From NCBI GenBank assembly GCA_009691355.1, contig SICW01000002.1, positions 1 to 36,880 on the forward strand: a DNA stretch of 36,880 nucleotides. Direction: 5' to 3'. Under the pieces are notes generated by a model. It saw nothing but the letters and a program-made list of their open reading frames with translations. It was not told the origin of the DNA and searched no databases. The translations under genes were made by a program, and so were the position numbers. Numbering within the stretch: position 1 is the first letter of the stretch; every line of letters starts with the position of its first letter. This document shows positions 1 through 8,287 of the stretch, piece after piece. This DNA is from Candidatus Woesearchaeota archaeon. Its GTDB lineage: Archaea > Nanobdellota > Nanobdellia > SCGC-AAA011-G17 > GW2011-AR17.

Positions 1-1
1 T

Positions 2-154
2 GATAATGTCTGCAAGATCAGTTCGTAAATATGGCTCTCCACCTGTAAGCATTAAGGTACGTAAAGGATGTTTGAGTGTTTTTGCAATACTTTTCATTTC
101 CTCCAGGCTTAACTCTGGTTTTCCAGTGTTTAATTCTTCCCAATAGAAAGTTAT
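2..154 (-). pseudogene. Radical SAM protein fragment, N-terminally truncated, running off the window edge
   Basis: Minus-strand frame reads ITFYWEELNTGKPELSLEEMKSIAKTLKHPLRTLMLTGGEPYLRTDLADII, with the ELS..E and TGGEP motifs of radical SAM enzymes. An in-frame TAA at 155-157 lies where the CxxxCxxC motif is expected. Possible restart ATG at 97. Confidence 0.65.
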
Positions 155-160
155 TTAAAA
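147..160 (+). promoter_or_regulatory. BRE/TATA promoter of tRNA-Val
   Basis: AAAG-TTATTTAAAA ends about 25 nt upstream of the tRNA 5' end at 185. Confidence 0.55.
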
Positions 161-184
161 GACCACCATTTTAGTTCGACTTAT

Positions 185-260
185 GGGCCAGTGATCTAGT
201 GGCTATGATTCCTCCCTTACAAGGAGGCTGTCGAAGGTTCGAGTCCTCCCTGGCCCACCA
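185..260 (+). tRNA. tRNA-Val(TAC), CCA encoded, no intron
   Basis: Acceptor stem GGGCCAG/CTGGCCC, anticodon arm CCTCC-CTTACAA-GGAGG, T-loop GTTCGAGTC, ACCA end. One A-C mismatch in the T-stem (GAAGG/CCTCC). Confidence 0.95.
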
Positions 261-294
261 TATTTCTTTTTGAAGGACGAGACAAAATAAATGT

Positions 295-1032
295 TTATTT
301 CGTAAGTTGTTCCAACTCGGATAAATATCGTTTTAATTTAGCTATAAAAACCTTTTTTTCATCATCAGTTTTATATACACCCATTCGAAACTTAAATGCT
401 TCATGTACAAGATGGGTTTTATCTCTTACAGATTGAGTAATTCCCTCAAATGAGTGTGTTACAGGAATACCCCTAACATTTTGTTCTAACTCTACTAACC
501 AAAATACTTCTTTAAGTAAGGGAGAAAATTCTATCTTTCTAGATTCAAATGCTCTAATATACCCCTCTCTAATAACTCTTATTCCATCTTGTAAAGCATG
601 TTTATCTTCTCTCATGAGAAACTCAGTAACATTGAGTGCTTTTCCATAAATTAATTTACACTCACTTAATTTCTTAAGAAATCTATCTGGTTTTGCTCTT
701 AAGTCTGGAGAATGTTCCCCTTCAGTACAAAGTTGATTATTCTTTAATTCCCAGAGAGATAAAGGAACAACACATACAGGGTCAATCTCTGGTGAGTTTA
801 CAGAGAACACATCGCCTTCATAGTCATTTTCTGTGACAATAGGGACCATATCTACATCACTCCCTTCTTTCATCTCTCTTCTTGTAAAACTCCCTTTGAT
901 GTAAATTGCAACAAGTGCAGCTTGAGGTATTGCTGCTATTACTTTTTTTCTCGCTGATTTTACTTTCTCAATAGCACTCTCTTCAATAGAATTTTTATTC
1001 TTCCAATCATCCCAAAAATCATACTTTACCAT
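295..1032 (-). CDS. Nucleotidyltransferase, Pol-beta superfamily, with helical C-terminal region
   Basis: hGS-x10-DxD motif (YIKGSFTRREMKEGSDVDMV). Upstream TATA-like CTTATTAA. Confidence 0.7.
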   Translation of the reverse strand: MVKYDFWDDWKNKNSIEESAIEKVKSARKKVIAAIPQAALVAIYIKGSFTRREMKEGSDVDMVPIVTENDYEGDVFSVNSPEIDPVCVVPLSLWELKNNQLCTEGEHSPDLRAKPDRFLKKLSECKLIYGKALNVTEFLMREDKHALQDGIRVIREGYIRAFESRKIEFSPLLKEVFWLVELEQNVRGIPVTHSFEGITQSVRDKTHLVHEAFKFRMGVYKTDDEKKVFIAKLKRYLSELEQLTK

Positions 1033-1105
1033 GTTTATTTTAACTAAAAAGAAGTTAATAAGTGTTTCTAAGAAGGTTTATTAATTAAATCACCCTTTCA
1101 AACTT

Positions 1106-2029
1106 GTGAAAGTTAGTCTTAAACAAGCACAAAAAATCTCTCAACTTCTGGACTGTTCTTTGATAGATTATCGATTCTTAGCTAAGGGGAATCATAACTG
1201 GAATTACCTGTTACATACAGATAAAAGAAATTTGATTTTACGAATGGAGAATAATGCCCAATTTAAGAATCTAAAAAAGGAATATACCCTTCTACGAAAA
1301 CTAAAATCAGGGTTAGGACCCAAAGTTTTTCTCTTTGATAAGAGCCACAAGATTGTTCCTACAAATTACCTTATTGAAGAGTATATTGTTGGAAAACATC
1401 CTCAAAAAATAACTGAGGACTTTTTACTTTCTATGGCACAATGGTTTAAACAATTACATAAAATTACCAAACATACCTCTTCCGAATTTTCTTTAGATTC
1501 TGCATTGAAACCCTATTATAGGAACTACCTTAAGTATAAACATCATATAAAGGATAAGAGACTATTACAGCAGCTGGAATATACCATCAATAAAGCAAAA
1601 GAAATTTGTACCAAAAATAAATCTATTTTTAAGAATCGAAGGAAAAGGGTTCTCCTTCATAACGATTCTTCAAGAGAAAATATATTTTATAAAAAAGGAC
1701 TTGTTCAGCTTATTGATTGGGAATTTGCAAGCTATGGTTTCCCCGAAAGAGAACTGGTCTATTTTATAGATTCATATGACTTACTTGAAGAACAGAAAAG
1801 AATATTTCTTAAAGAGTATGGTTACCCTACTAATGCCTCTGCTCAAAAACAATTACAAGCTTACTTTATTATCCATTTATGTAGCTCAGTAGGATACTCC
1901 CTTTGGAGATTAGATTTATTGAAAAATACAAAAGAAAAGAAAGAGACTATAACAAGACTTAAAAAAGACTTAGATAAACTGACTCAGAGAGTAAATATTT
2001 ACTATGAAACAAAGTCCAAAAAAACCTAA
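1106..2029 (+). CDS. Aminoglycoside phosphotransferase / choline kinase-like protein
   Basis: G-loop-like KGNHNWNY, IEEYIVG hinge, Brenner-type LLHNDSSRENI and IDWEFA motifs. GTG start. Confidence 0.8.
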   Translation: MKVSLKQAQKISQLLDCSLIDYRFLAKGNHNWNYLLHTDKRNLILRMENNAQFKNLKKEYTLLRKLKSGLGPKVFLFDKSHKIVPTNYLIEEYIVGKHPQKITEDFLLSMAQWFKQLHKITKHTSSEFSLDSALKPYYRNYLKYKHHIKDKRLLQQLEYTINKAKEICTKNKSIFKNRRKRVLLHNDSSRENIFYKKGLVQLIDWEFASYGFPERELVYFIDSYDLLEEQKRIFLKEYGYPTNASAQKQLQAYFIIHLCSSVGYSLWRLDLLKNTKEKKETITRLKKDLDKLTQRVNIYYETKSKKT

Positions 2030-2046
2030 CTCTACCGAGCGTTGCG

Positions 2047-2070
2047 AGGTTCGAGTCCTTCCTGGCCCAC
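2047..2070 (+). repeat. Duplicate of the tRNA-Val 3' end (attR-like)
   Basis: AGGTTCGAGTCCTTCCTGGCCCAC versus AGGTTCGAGTCCTCCCTGGCCCAC at 235-258. Confidence 0.9.
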
Positions 2071-2077
2071 TATTCTT

Positions 2078-3043
2078 TTAGCTTTTTATTACTATAATCC
2101 CAAGTAGAGCTTTCTGTTTATTCTTTTGATCTCTAAATTGAAAACAGTCACTTTTTTCTTGTCCTTCATAGACATTTTTGATCATTTTCATTTTTCTGGG
2201 ACTATAGATAGTAACAATATTTGCATAAATTCCCCTTTTTCGATCTCCTTGGGTTTTTTGATAAAAATCCTGTAGGATATTCTTCATAATAGATTTCTCT
2301 TTTGTAACTAGACACTCGTCAAGAAAAAGATCTGGCTTGTGTTTTTCATAGAACTCATGAAAGATCATTTTTATTTTTGAATCATATCTATCTGTTCCCG
2401 TTCTCTTAATAATATTTACTACTTCATCTACCTTTTTTTTGTGATCTTTACTACTTATACATCTTAGAAGTATCATCTTTCCTAGAAATTGTTCATGAAT
2501 AATTTTATCTCCTCTTCTTCCAATACTCTCAAAATATCCTTTTTCTGTGTTCTTCTTTTGAATAGAAATGGTCCAGACTGGAACTGGAGAAGTAACATCG
2601 CGATTAGCAGAAGTTCTGGGCGAGGCGAAGAAATTAGCTATTTCTTTATAGACCTCTGGAAAATTTGCTTCTTTATAGCCCGTTTTTGGCCATGTATCTA
2701 AACCATCATCGTTGTATCTGGGAATCAAATGTATATGAAAATGAAAACAAGATTGCTGTGCAACTTTTCCACTTGCATGGAGAATATTAATTCCCTCAGC
2801 ACCATATTTCTCTTTTAGCCTTTGCGAAATAGTTTTTATAGCATCAACTATGTGATGTAATTCAGCTTTTGGAATATCATAAAAATTAACATAATGTTTT
2901 CTTGGAATTACAAGCATGTGACCTTTAGCAATAATCTGGTCTTTTAATGGAGCGAAAGCTAAAACATATTCATTCCCATAGATTTTATTTGAAGGTAATT
3001 TCCCTGTGATGATTTTACAAAAACTACACTCAGTCATAAGCAT
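2078..3043 (-). CDS. HIT-family nucleotide hydrolase fused to an unknown C-terminal domain
   Basis: CSFCKI, GHMLVIPRKH and HFHIHLIPR (HxHxH) in the first ~135 aa; ~170 further aa are unrecognised. Confidence 0.8.
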   Translation of the reverse strand: MLMTECSFCKIITGKLPSNKIYGNEYVLAFAPLKDQIIAKGHMLVIPRKHYVNFYDIPKAELHHIVDAIKTISQRLKEKYGAEGINILHASGKVAQQSCFHFHIHLIPRYNDDGLDTWPKTGYKEANFPEVYKEIANFFASPRTSANRDVTSPVPVWTISIQKKNTEKGYFESIGRRGDKIIHEQFLGKMILLRCISSKDHKKKVDEVVNIIKRTGTDRYDSKIKMIFHEFYEKHKPDLFLDECLVTKEKSIMKNILQDFYQKTQGDRKRGIYANIVTIYSPRKMKMIKNVYEGQEKSDCFQFRDQKNKQKALLGIIVIKS

Positions 3044-3267
3044 AATAGCTTATTGAGATTTAATAATGTACCGGTGAAGCGCACTTTTTCAATTGTATTT
3101 AACATGCATTTTAATCCTCTCTATATGCCTCTAAAAAAACTGTAATCTCTGCTACTTTTCTTGGATTCAAGGAAATATGTTCACTAGAGCCTTTCCCTAT
3201 TTTTACGAAAAGTTTGGAAATAGTTCTAGCCGTAAGCCTTTTAAAGGAAAACTCTCCAAAAAAGACT

Positions 3268-3816
3268 ATGGCAGAGATCTACAATATTCGTGATCTTCAA
3301 ACACTAGAACGTTTTGCACAAAGAGAAGGATATACTCGTCTTGCAGACTACCTCCCTACACTTTATACATGGAATATTCCTGTTGAAACTGCCGCTGAAC
3401 TTGTTCGGAGAGGAATTTCTTTTTCGGAGTACCATAATGACCCTTCGCTTCTTGAAGAACAACTCCCAGAAAATGTTATCCCCATTGCTGATCTTTATCA
3501 TGCACGAGATGAAAGAATTGCAGAAGAAAGAAGAGCTTCACTAGAGACTCAAGTGAGAAGAGATGTTTCACCTATAAAACGAAAAGAACATCCCCTTCGT
3601 ACTGTTATGTATGGTATTCTTGCAGGGACTATTGCTGCATCTGCGCTTATTGGATTGTCCACAATTCATGCAGACCCTGCGTATTTAGAATCAGAACTCC
3701 TCAATGACCCTTTATGTACCAGTATTGAAGGCCTTTATGTTTGTCTGGATCATTCTGAACACGGGCCTTTCTTTGGATCATATTGGGAATATAAACAATT
3801 ACGTGAAGAATTATAA
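3268..3816 (+). CDS. Hypothetical membrane-anchored protein
   Basis: ATG at 3268 sits ~25 nt after a CTTTTAAA box. One hydrophobic segment (VMYGILAGTIAASALIGLSTI). Confidence 0.6.
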   Translation: MAEIYNIRDLQTLERFAQREGYTRLADYLPTLYTWNIPVETAAELVRRGISFSEYHNDPSLLEEQLPENVIPIADLYHARDERIAEERRASLETQVRRDVSPIKRKEHPLRTVMYGILAGTIAASALIGLSTIHADPAYLESELLNDPLCTSIEGLYVCLDHSEHGPFFGSYWEYKQLREEL

Positions 3817-3822
3817 AAACAA

Positions 3823-4872
3823 TTAATTTCTTTGTAACTTTTGTACACGCTCTACTAAAGAAGGATCAATATAGTGATGGACAGTCACTGTAGAATTTTC
3901 TTGCCAAGTATGAGTTTTTTTCTGAAAGCGTCGATGACCAAGGTCGTGGGCAATAGAGAGAAAAAGCGTATTTACTTCTTCTTTACTTGCTTTCTTTCTG
4001 TGTTTGAGAAACTCTTTGACTTGTTTTGTTGCATAATGCGAGCGTACAATATGAGGATAAAACTCTTTTCCTGTATACTTTACAAAAGCTTTCTTAAATT
4101 CCTGTTCGGGAATGGGATGTCTTGTACTCTCTGAAGTAAATACAAAATTATCTGGTTTTTTTGTTTTTAAGAGTTTTTGCAGTCTAGAAATATACTCTTT
4201 TTCAAAAGTATGTGTTAAGCTTAGTGGAACGCCATCTTTGCCAATATAGGCAAAATTTACTTCCTTTCCTTTTATATGAATATCCTTTTTCTTTAATGTT
4301 GTTAAGCCCTTATGGCCATGTACATGGTAGTACATTTCATTTCCCACACGCATATACGTTTTCAGAAGCGTCCACAGAGGAAGTGCAAGATTATCTTTTT
4401 CATCTTTCAAGGCTTTTTTTACGTTTGTACGTAACTTAGAATAACATTTCTCAAAGAGCTCAACTTTCTTGTATTTTTCTTTTGTGTGTTGTCTTCTTTT
4501 TTCCAGGGTATAACAATACGCATACTCACTTCCCTTATTTTGGTAAATAACATCCCAGTGTTCATTTGAAGATTGATCATGAATGGTGAGATGCGGGGCA
4601 AAGAGAGAATAGGCTTTGTCTAAGACTTTTCCATTGGGGAGAATATTGATCCGTGCTCCCTGTGGTTGGCCCTTATAGAGTTGTCCTTTTAAGAAGGTTT
4701 TATCTTTCTTATCAATAAGAGAAGGGAAATTATGGTTTGCCTTGAATAATTTCACTACATTCAAAAGTTCTGGAAAGCTTTTTGAAACTCTTTTCCATCC
4801 GCTCTTTGTTTTTTCATAGGCTTGGAGATTCTTTGTTTTTATTCTTATTGTCCCCACATGAGTAGCATTCAT
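3823..4872 (-). CDS. Compact type IB DNA topoisomerase-like protein with tyrosine-recombinase-like motifs
   Basis: TopIB hallmarks MRVGNEMY, GLTTLKKKDI, FAYIGKDG and HHYIDP. A complete R-K-R-H-Y pentad is present. PHIVRSHYAT and DLGH resemble recombinase box motifs. Confidence 0.8.
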   Translation of the reverse strand: MNATHVGTIRIKTKNLQAYEKTKSGWKRVSKSFPELLNVVKLFKANHNFPSLIDKKDKTFLKGQLYKGQPQGARINILPNGKVLDKAYSLFAPHLTIHDQSSNEHWDVIYQNKGSEYAYCYTLEKRRQHTKEKYKKVELFEKCYSKLRTNVKKALKDEKDNLALPLWTLLKTYMRVGNEMYYHVHGHKGLTTLKKKDIHIKGKEVNFAYIGKDGVPLSLTHTFEKEYISRLQKLLKTKKPDNFVFTSESTRHPIPEQEFKKAFVKYTGKEFYPHIVRSHYATKQVKEFLKHRKKASKEEVNTLFLSIAHDLGHRRFQKKTHTWQENSTVTVHHYIDPSLVERVQKLQRN

Positions 4873-4910
4873 TTCTTTCTTCTAGAGGATTAGGAGTATA
4901 AATGTTTTTC

Positions 4911-6263
4911 TTATTTATACAAGAGAACTTGTTCTCGAGAACACTTAAAAACTTTGGGGATTTTATTAATAGAGTTTATTCTATGTTGCACTTTTTTTTG
5001 TAGGAGCCGTGCCTCTTCGTTACTCAGCCCTTGCTGTATCACATAGGTCACGTTTCCTTCTAAGACTGTTCGTGTGCTTTCTTGAATTTCTAGAATACCA
5101 AAATCTTCTGGTGACTCAAAGGCTTTTGCTCCACGTTGCAGGCCAAAAATACTTGTACAAACTAAGTCTATATTTTCCTTATTCTTTTCTAAGAATTCTA
5201 GGGTTTGCATATACTCTTCTTGTGTTTCCGTAGGAAAAGCAAACATAATGTAGAGGATATTTTGTATGCCTGCATTGTGACTTTCCTTTAATACTTGTGG
5301 GACTTTTTGGATGTCTGTTCCCTTCTTCATCAGATCAAGAACACGTTGAGAGCCTGATTCTACACCCCAGGAGACAGAACGTAAACCGCCTTCATAGAGT
5401 TCTTTACTTATACCTAAAATATCTGCTGTGGGACGCAATTGACATGCCCATTCTACATCTAAAGGTTTACATATTTGTGCGAAAGTTAGTAAACGCTCTT
5501 TTGCGACCATGTCATCGATAAGAAAAACATATTTGGCATTATTGTTCTTTAATGTATTTTCTAGCCATTGTGTTTCATATTCTTTATAGGGAACGCGTGC
5601 AAAATGTGTACAAAAGGTGCATTGTTTGTAAAAACATGTGCTGGATGTTTTGATAGGAAGAATTCTTTCTCTTGCAAGGTAATTCTCTCCAGGGAAAGAA
5701 GAAAAATCTAAAGGATTTTCTGCTGCGTAAAAATCTCCTGATTTTGTCTTTACACCTTTCTTTGTGAAAAAAGCAATAATTTCCTCTTCGGTTTTGAGAA
5801 GTTGACCGTACTGCAAGACTTTTCCTTTTGCTGCAGGGCCACCAAGGATGCATTCTACTCCTTTCTGTTGCAATTCTTGTAAGAGAACTGTTGCATAGAA
5901 ACATTGACTGTTGTACACGAGACTAAAAGCAATACAATCATATTTTTCTGTGTGAATTAAAGAGAGAAGTTCGTCAAATTGTTCAGGCTTTTCTCCATGT
6001 ACTACTGCTTTGTTATTCCTTGCATAGACTTCACGGGATTCTTTGTCAAAGTGTTCAAAGACCTTTGCGTACTCTTCTTTGGTTTTTGTCTGTAACACTT
6101 TTTGATAATAGGAAGAAAATCTTCGTTTGTGAAATTCTGCGTTCAAATCAAGCACATCTATTTCTAGATCTACATTTGTTTGGAGAAAATGCTTTAATGA
6201 GGCTAAGGAATAGGGTAAAATCGTAGGAGTACAAAAAGGAGGATACACTAACAGGAGTTTCAT
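4911..6263 (-). CDS. B12-binding-domain radical SAM protein (class B methyltransferase-like)
   Basis: N-terminal LLLVYPP..PYSLASL, ILGGP, CFYKQCTFC (CxxxCxxC), GVESGSQRVLDLMKKG, FAFPTET. Confidence 0.85.
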   Translation of the reverse strand: MKLLLVYPPFCTPTILPYSLASLKHFLQTNVDLEIDVLDLNAEFHKRRFSSYYQKVLQTKTKEEYAKVFEHFDKESREVYARNNKAVVHGEKPEQFDELLSLIHTEKYDCIAFSLVYNSQCFYATVLLQELQQKGVECILGGPAAKGKVLQYGQLLKTEEEIIAFFTKKGVKTKSGDFYAAENPLDFSSFPGENYLARERILPIKTSSTCFYKQCTFCTHFARVPYKEYETQWLENTLKNNNAKYVFLIDDMVAKERLLTFAQICKPLDVEWACQLRPTADILGISKELYEGGLRSVSWGVESGSQRVLDLMKKGTDIQKVPQVLKESHNAGIQNILYIMFAFPTETQEEYMQTLEFLEKNKENIDLVCTSIFGLQRGAKAFESPEDFGILEIQESTRTVLEGNVTYVIQQGLSNEEARLLQKKVQHRINSINKIPKVFKCSREQVLLYK

Positions 6264-6299
6264 AGCTTTTTGAGCTTGGATTTAGTATATAAAGGTTTT

Positions 6300-6737
6300 T
6301 TATTCTTTTTTGTCTTTGCGCATGAGAAAACTTTCTGTTTCCACATCTCTATCAAAAGGATTTTTTACTGTTTTTACTCCTTTGAAACCTAGTTCTTTAT
6401 GAAGTTTAATAGAAGCTTCATTGTTTATTTTTACAAGTGCAAGAATGGGATGACTTCCACAGTGTGCTAAAAGTGTCTCGTATAATCTTCTCTCTATACC
6501 CTGGTTTTGCCATTTAGGATGAATAATGATATCTTCTACGTAGATTTCTTCTTTTGCTGTCTTTAAGGCAAAGATCACACCCACAATTTTATTCTTTTCC
6601 TTTGCAACAAAAACATATTCAAACTTTGTGAGATAGCCATAGCCATATTTTCCGGTTACATCTCTTTCTTTGCATTGTTGCTCTAATTTTCTTATAGAAG
6701 GAGTTTCATAATTTTTTGCTTGAGAAATAGTGACCAT
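6300..6737 (-). CDS. GNAT family N-acetyltransferase
   Basis: IIIHPKWQNQGIE (motif A-like) and NEASIKLHKELGF (motif B). Confidence 0.8.
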   Translation of the reverse strand: MVTISQAKNYETPSIRKLEQQCKERDVTGKYGYGYLTKFEYVFVAKEKNKIVGVIFALKTAKEEIYVEDIIIHPKWQNQGIERRLYETLLAHCGSHPILALVKINNEASIKLHKELGFKGVKTVKNPFDRDVETESFLMRKDKKE

Positions 6738-6773
6738 ACTAGGGATATAAAATAAAAGAGAATATAAAAAGGT

Positions 6774-8099
6774 TTATCTTCGTGTAAAGACAGAACCTTT
6801 CTTTCTTCCAAAGCTTGGACCACGATGTTCTTCTTCTCGTCTTCCACTACCAGCAGATGAGCCTCTAGAAGAACCAGAACTTCTTCCACGACCACCACCA
6901 GAACCACCACGGAAAGAGCCACCGCCTCTTCCACCAAAACCACCACTACGAGGACTGTCTCTGTCGCCTTGAAGGTCTTTCTGGAAGTTTACCTTCTCAA
7001 ATTGAGGAAGGTCTTCTTTTCGAATGTTTAAAGAACGATCGCTAAGAACATGGTTGAAATTTTCGTAATCGTGTTCTGCTAATAGAGTTACTGCATCCCC
7101 TTCTGCACCTGCACGAGCTGTTCTTCCTATTCTGTGTACATACTCATCTGCAGTTTTTGGAACGTCGTAGTTATAGACATGAGAAACATTCTTAATATCT
7201 AATCCACGAGCTGCAACATCAGTTGCTACAAGGATATTGATACTTTCTTTCTTTAGGTTGTCTAGTGCGTACATTCTTTTACTTTGGGTTAAACCACCAT
7301 GGATAGCCATTGCTTTGATCCCTTGCCCACGAAGATTTCGTGTGACTTGATCAACAGCACGTCGCGTACCACAAAAGACTATAGCCATACCTGAAGGACT
7401 AAGCTTGATAAGACTCACTAATAAAGAGAACTTCTCATGATTTCTTACTACGTAATATCTTTGCTTGAGTAAGTGTTTTGCTACATGCACTTCTGCTTTA
7501 ATTGTTACAGGATGACGTAAGTATCTCTGTATTAATTGTTGAATACTTGCAGATAATGTTGCACTGAATAGAAGAGTTTGTCTTTCTTTTGGAATATGCT
7601 TGATGATTCTTTCTACATCTTCGATGAAACCCATCTCAAACATTTTATCTGCTTCATCTAAAACCAAGACTTTTACTTTTCCGAAATTTATTGTTCCTCT
7701 TTCTAAATGATCCAGGATTCTTCCAGGAGTTCCAACAACAACATCTGCACGTTGAATAGCATTAATTTGTGGACCAATAGCTACTCCACCATAGACACTT
7801 GTTATTCTTGCACCACTGAATTTACTAAAAGATAATAATGCATCACTGACTTGTACACAGAGTTCTCTGGTAGGGGTCAAAATTAATGATTGTAAGCCTT
7901 TGCCATTTTCTATTTTTTCTAAAAGGGGAAGGCCAAAAGCTGCGGTTTTTCCTGAACCAGTACTAGACTGGCCAACAACGTCCTTACCATTTTTAATCTC
8001 AGGTATACATTTTTCCTGAATTTGCGTCGCGTTTTCATAACCAAGGGCTTTGATTGCCTTTAGAACATTATGATTTAAGTTTAATTCTTCTACTAACAT
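6774..8099 (-). CDS. DEAD-box ATP-dependent RNA helicase (DeaD/CshA-like) with RGG-rich tail
   Basis: Q motif ATQIQ, TGSGKT, PTREL, TPGR, DEAD, SAT, ARGLD, HRIGRTAR. Start placed at 8099 from TATA spacing; the ORF extends to 8117. Confidence 0.95.
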   Translation of the reverse strand: MLVEELNLNHNVLKAIKALGYENATQIQEKCIPEIKNGKDVVGQSSTGSGKTAAFGLPLLEKIENGKGLQSLILTPTRELCVQVSDALLSFSKFSGARITSVYGGVAIGPQINAIQRADVVVGTPGRILDHLERGTINFGKVKVLVLDEADKMFEMGFIEDVERIIKHIPKERQTLLFSATLSASIQQLIQRYLRHPVTIKAEVHVAKHLLKQRYYVVRNHEKFSLLVSLIKLSPSGMAIVFCGTRRAVDQVTRNLRGQGIKAMAIHGGLTQSKRMYALDNLKKESINILVATDVAARGLDIKNVSHVYNYDVPKTADEYVHRIGRTARAGAEGDAVTLLAEHDYENFNHVLSDRSLNIRKEDLPQFEKVNFQKDLQGDRDSPRSGGFGGRGGGSFRGGSGGGRGRSSGSSRGSSAGSGRREEEHRGPSFGRKKGSVFTRR

Positions 8100-8287
8100 T
8101 TTATTTCCTAAACTCATGAGATATGTTGCCCTTTATAAAGCTGTGGTTGAGTCGTAGATGGTCTTAAAGCCAAGAATGCCGGATTTAGGTCATTTTAAGA
8201 AGAATTCTAAGCCCATTATTCTTGTCATTTTCCTTCTAAAAGTCTCCTTGTGGAGTAAATTACCCTGAAAAAGAAGAACAAATCAGG

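Larger units (their letters stand above)
235..2070. mobile_element. Small tRNA-Val-integrated island bounded by attL/attR-like repeats; no integrase inside
   Basis: Direct repeats at 235-258 and 2047-2070 (23/24 identical) flank two accessory genes. Confidence 0.7.

Noticed and set aside
2023..2047. ACCTAAC overlapping the kinase stop codon followed by GTTGCG, resembling attC R''/R' boxes
   Set aside because: Only ~10 nt separate the boxes, far too short for an attC, and the adjacent tRNA-end repeat explains the locus better.
2030..2072. Possible second tRNA gene or split-tRNA half
   Set aside because: Only the T-arm and 3' acceptor strand match. There is no D or anticodon arm and no complementary leader for trans-splicing.
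6790..6960. GC-rich ACC/CCA repeats
   Set aside because: They encode the Gly/Arg/Ser-rich tail of the DEAD-box helicase and are not an independent repeat element.
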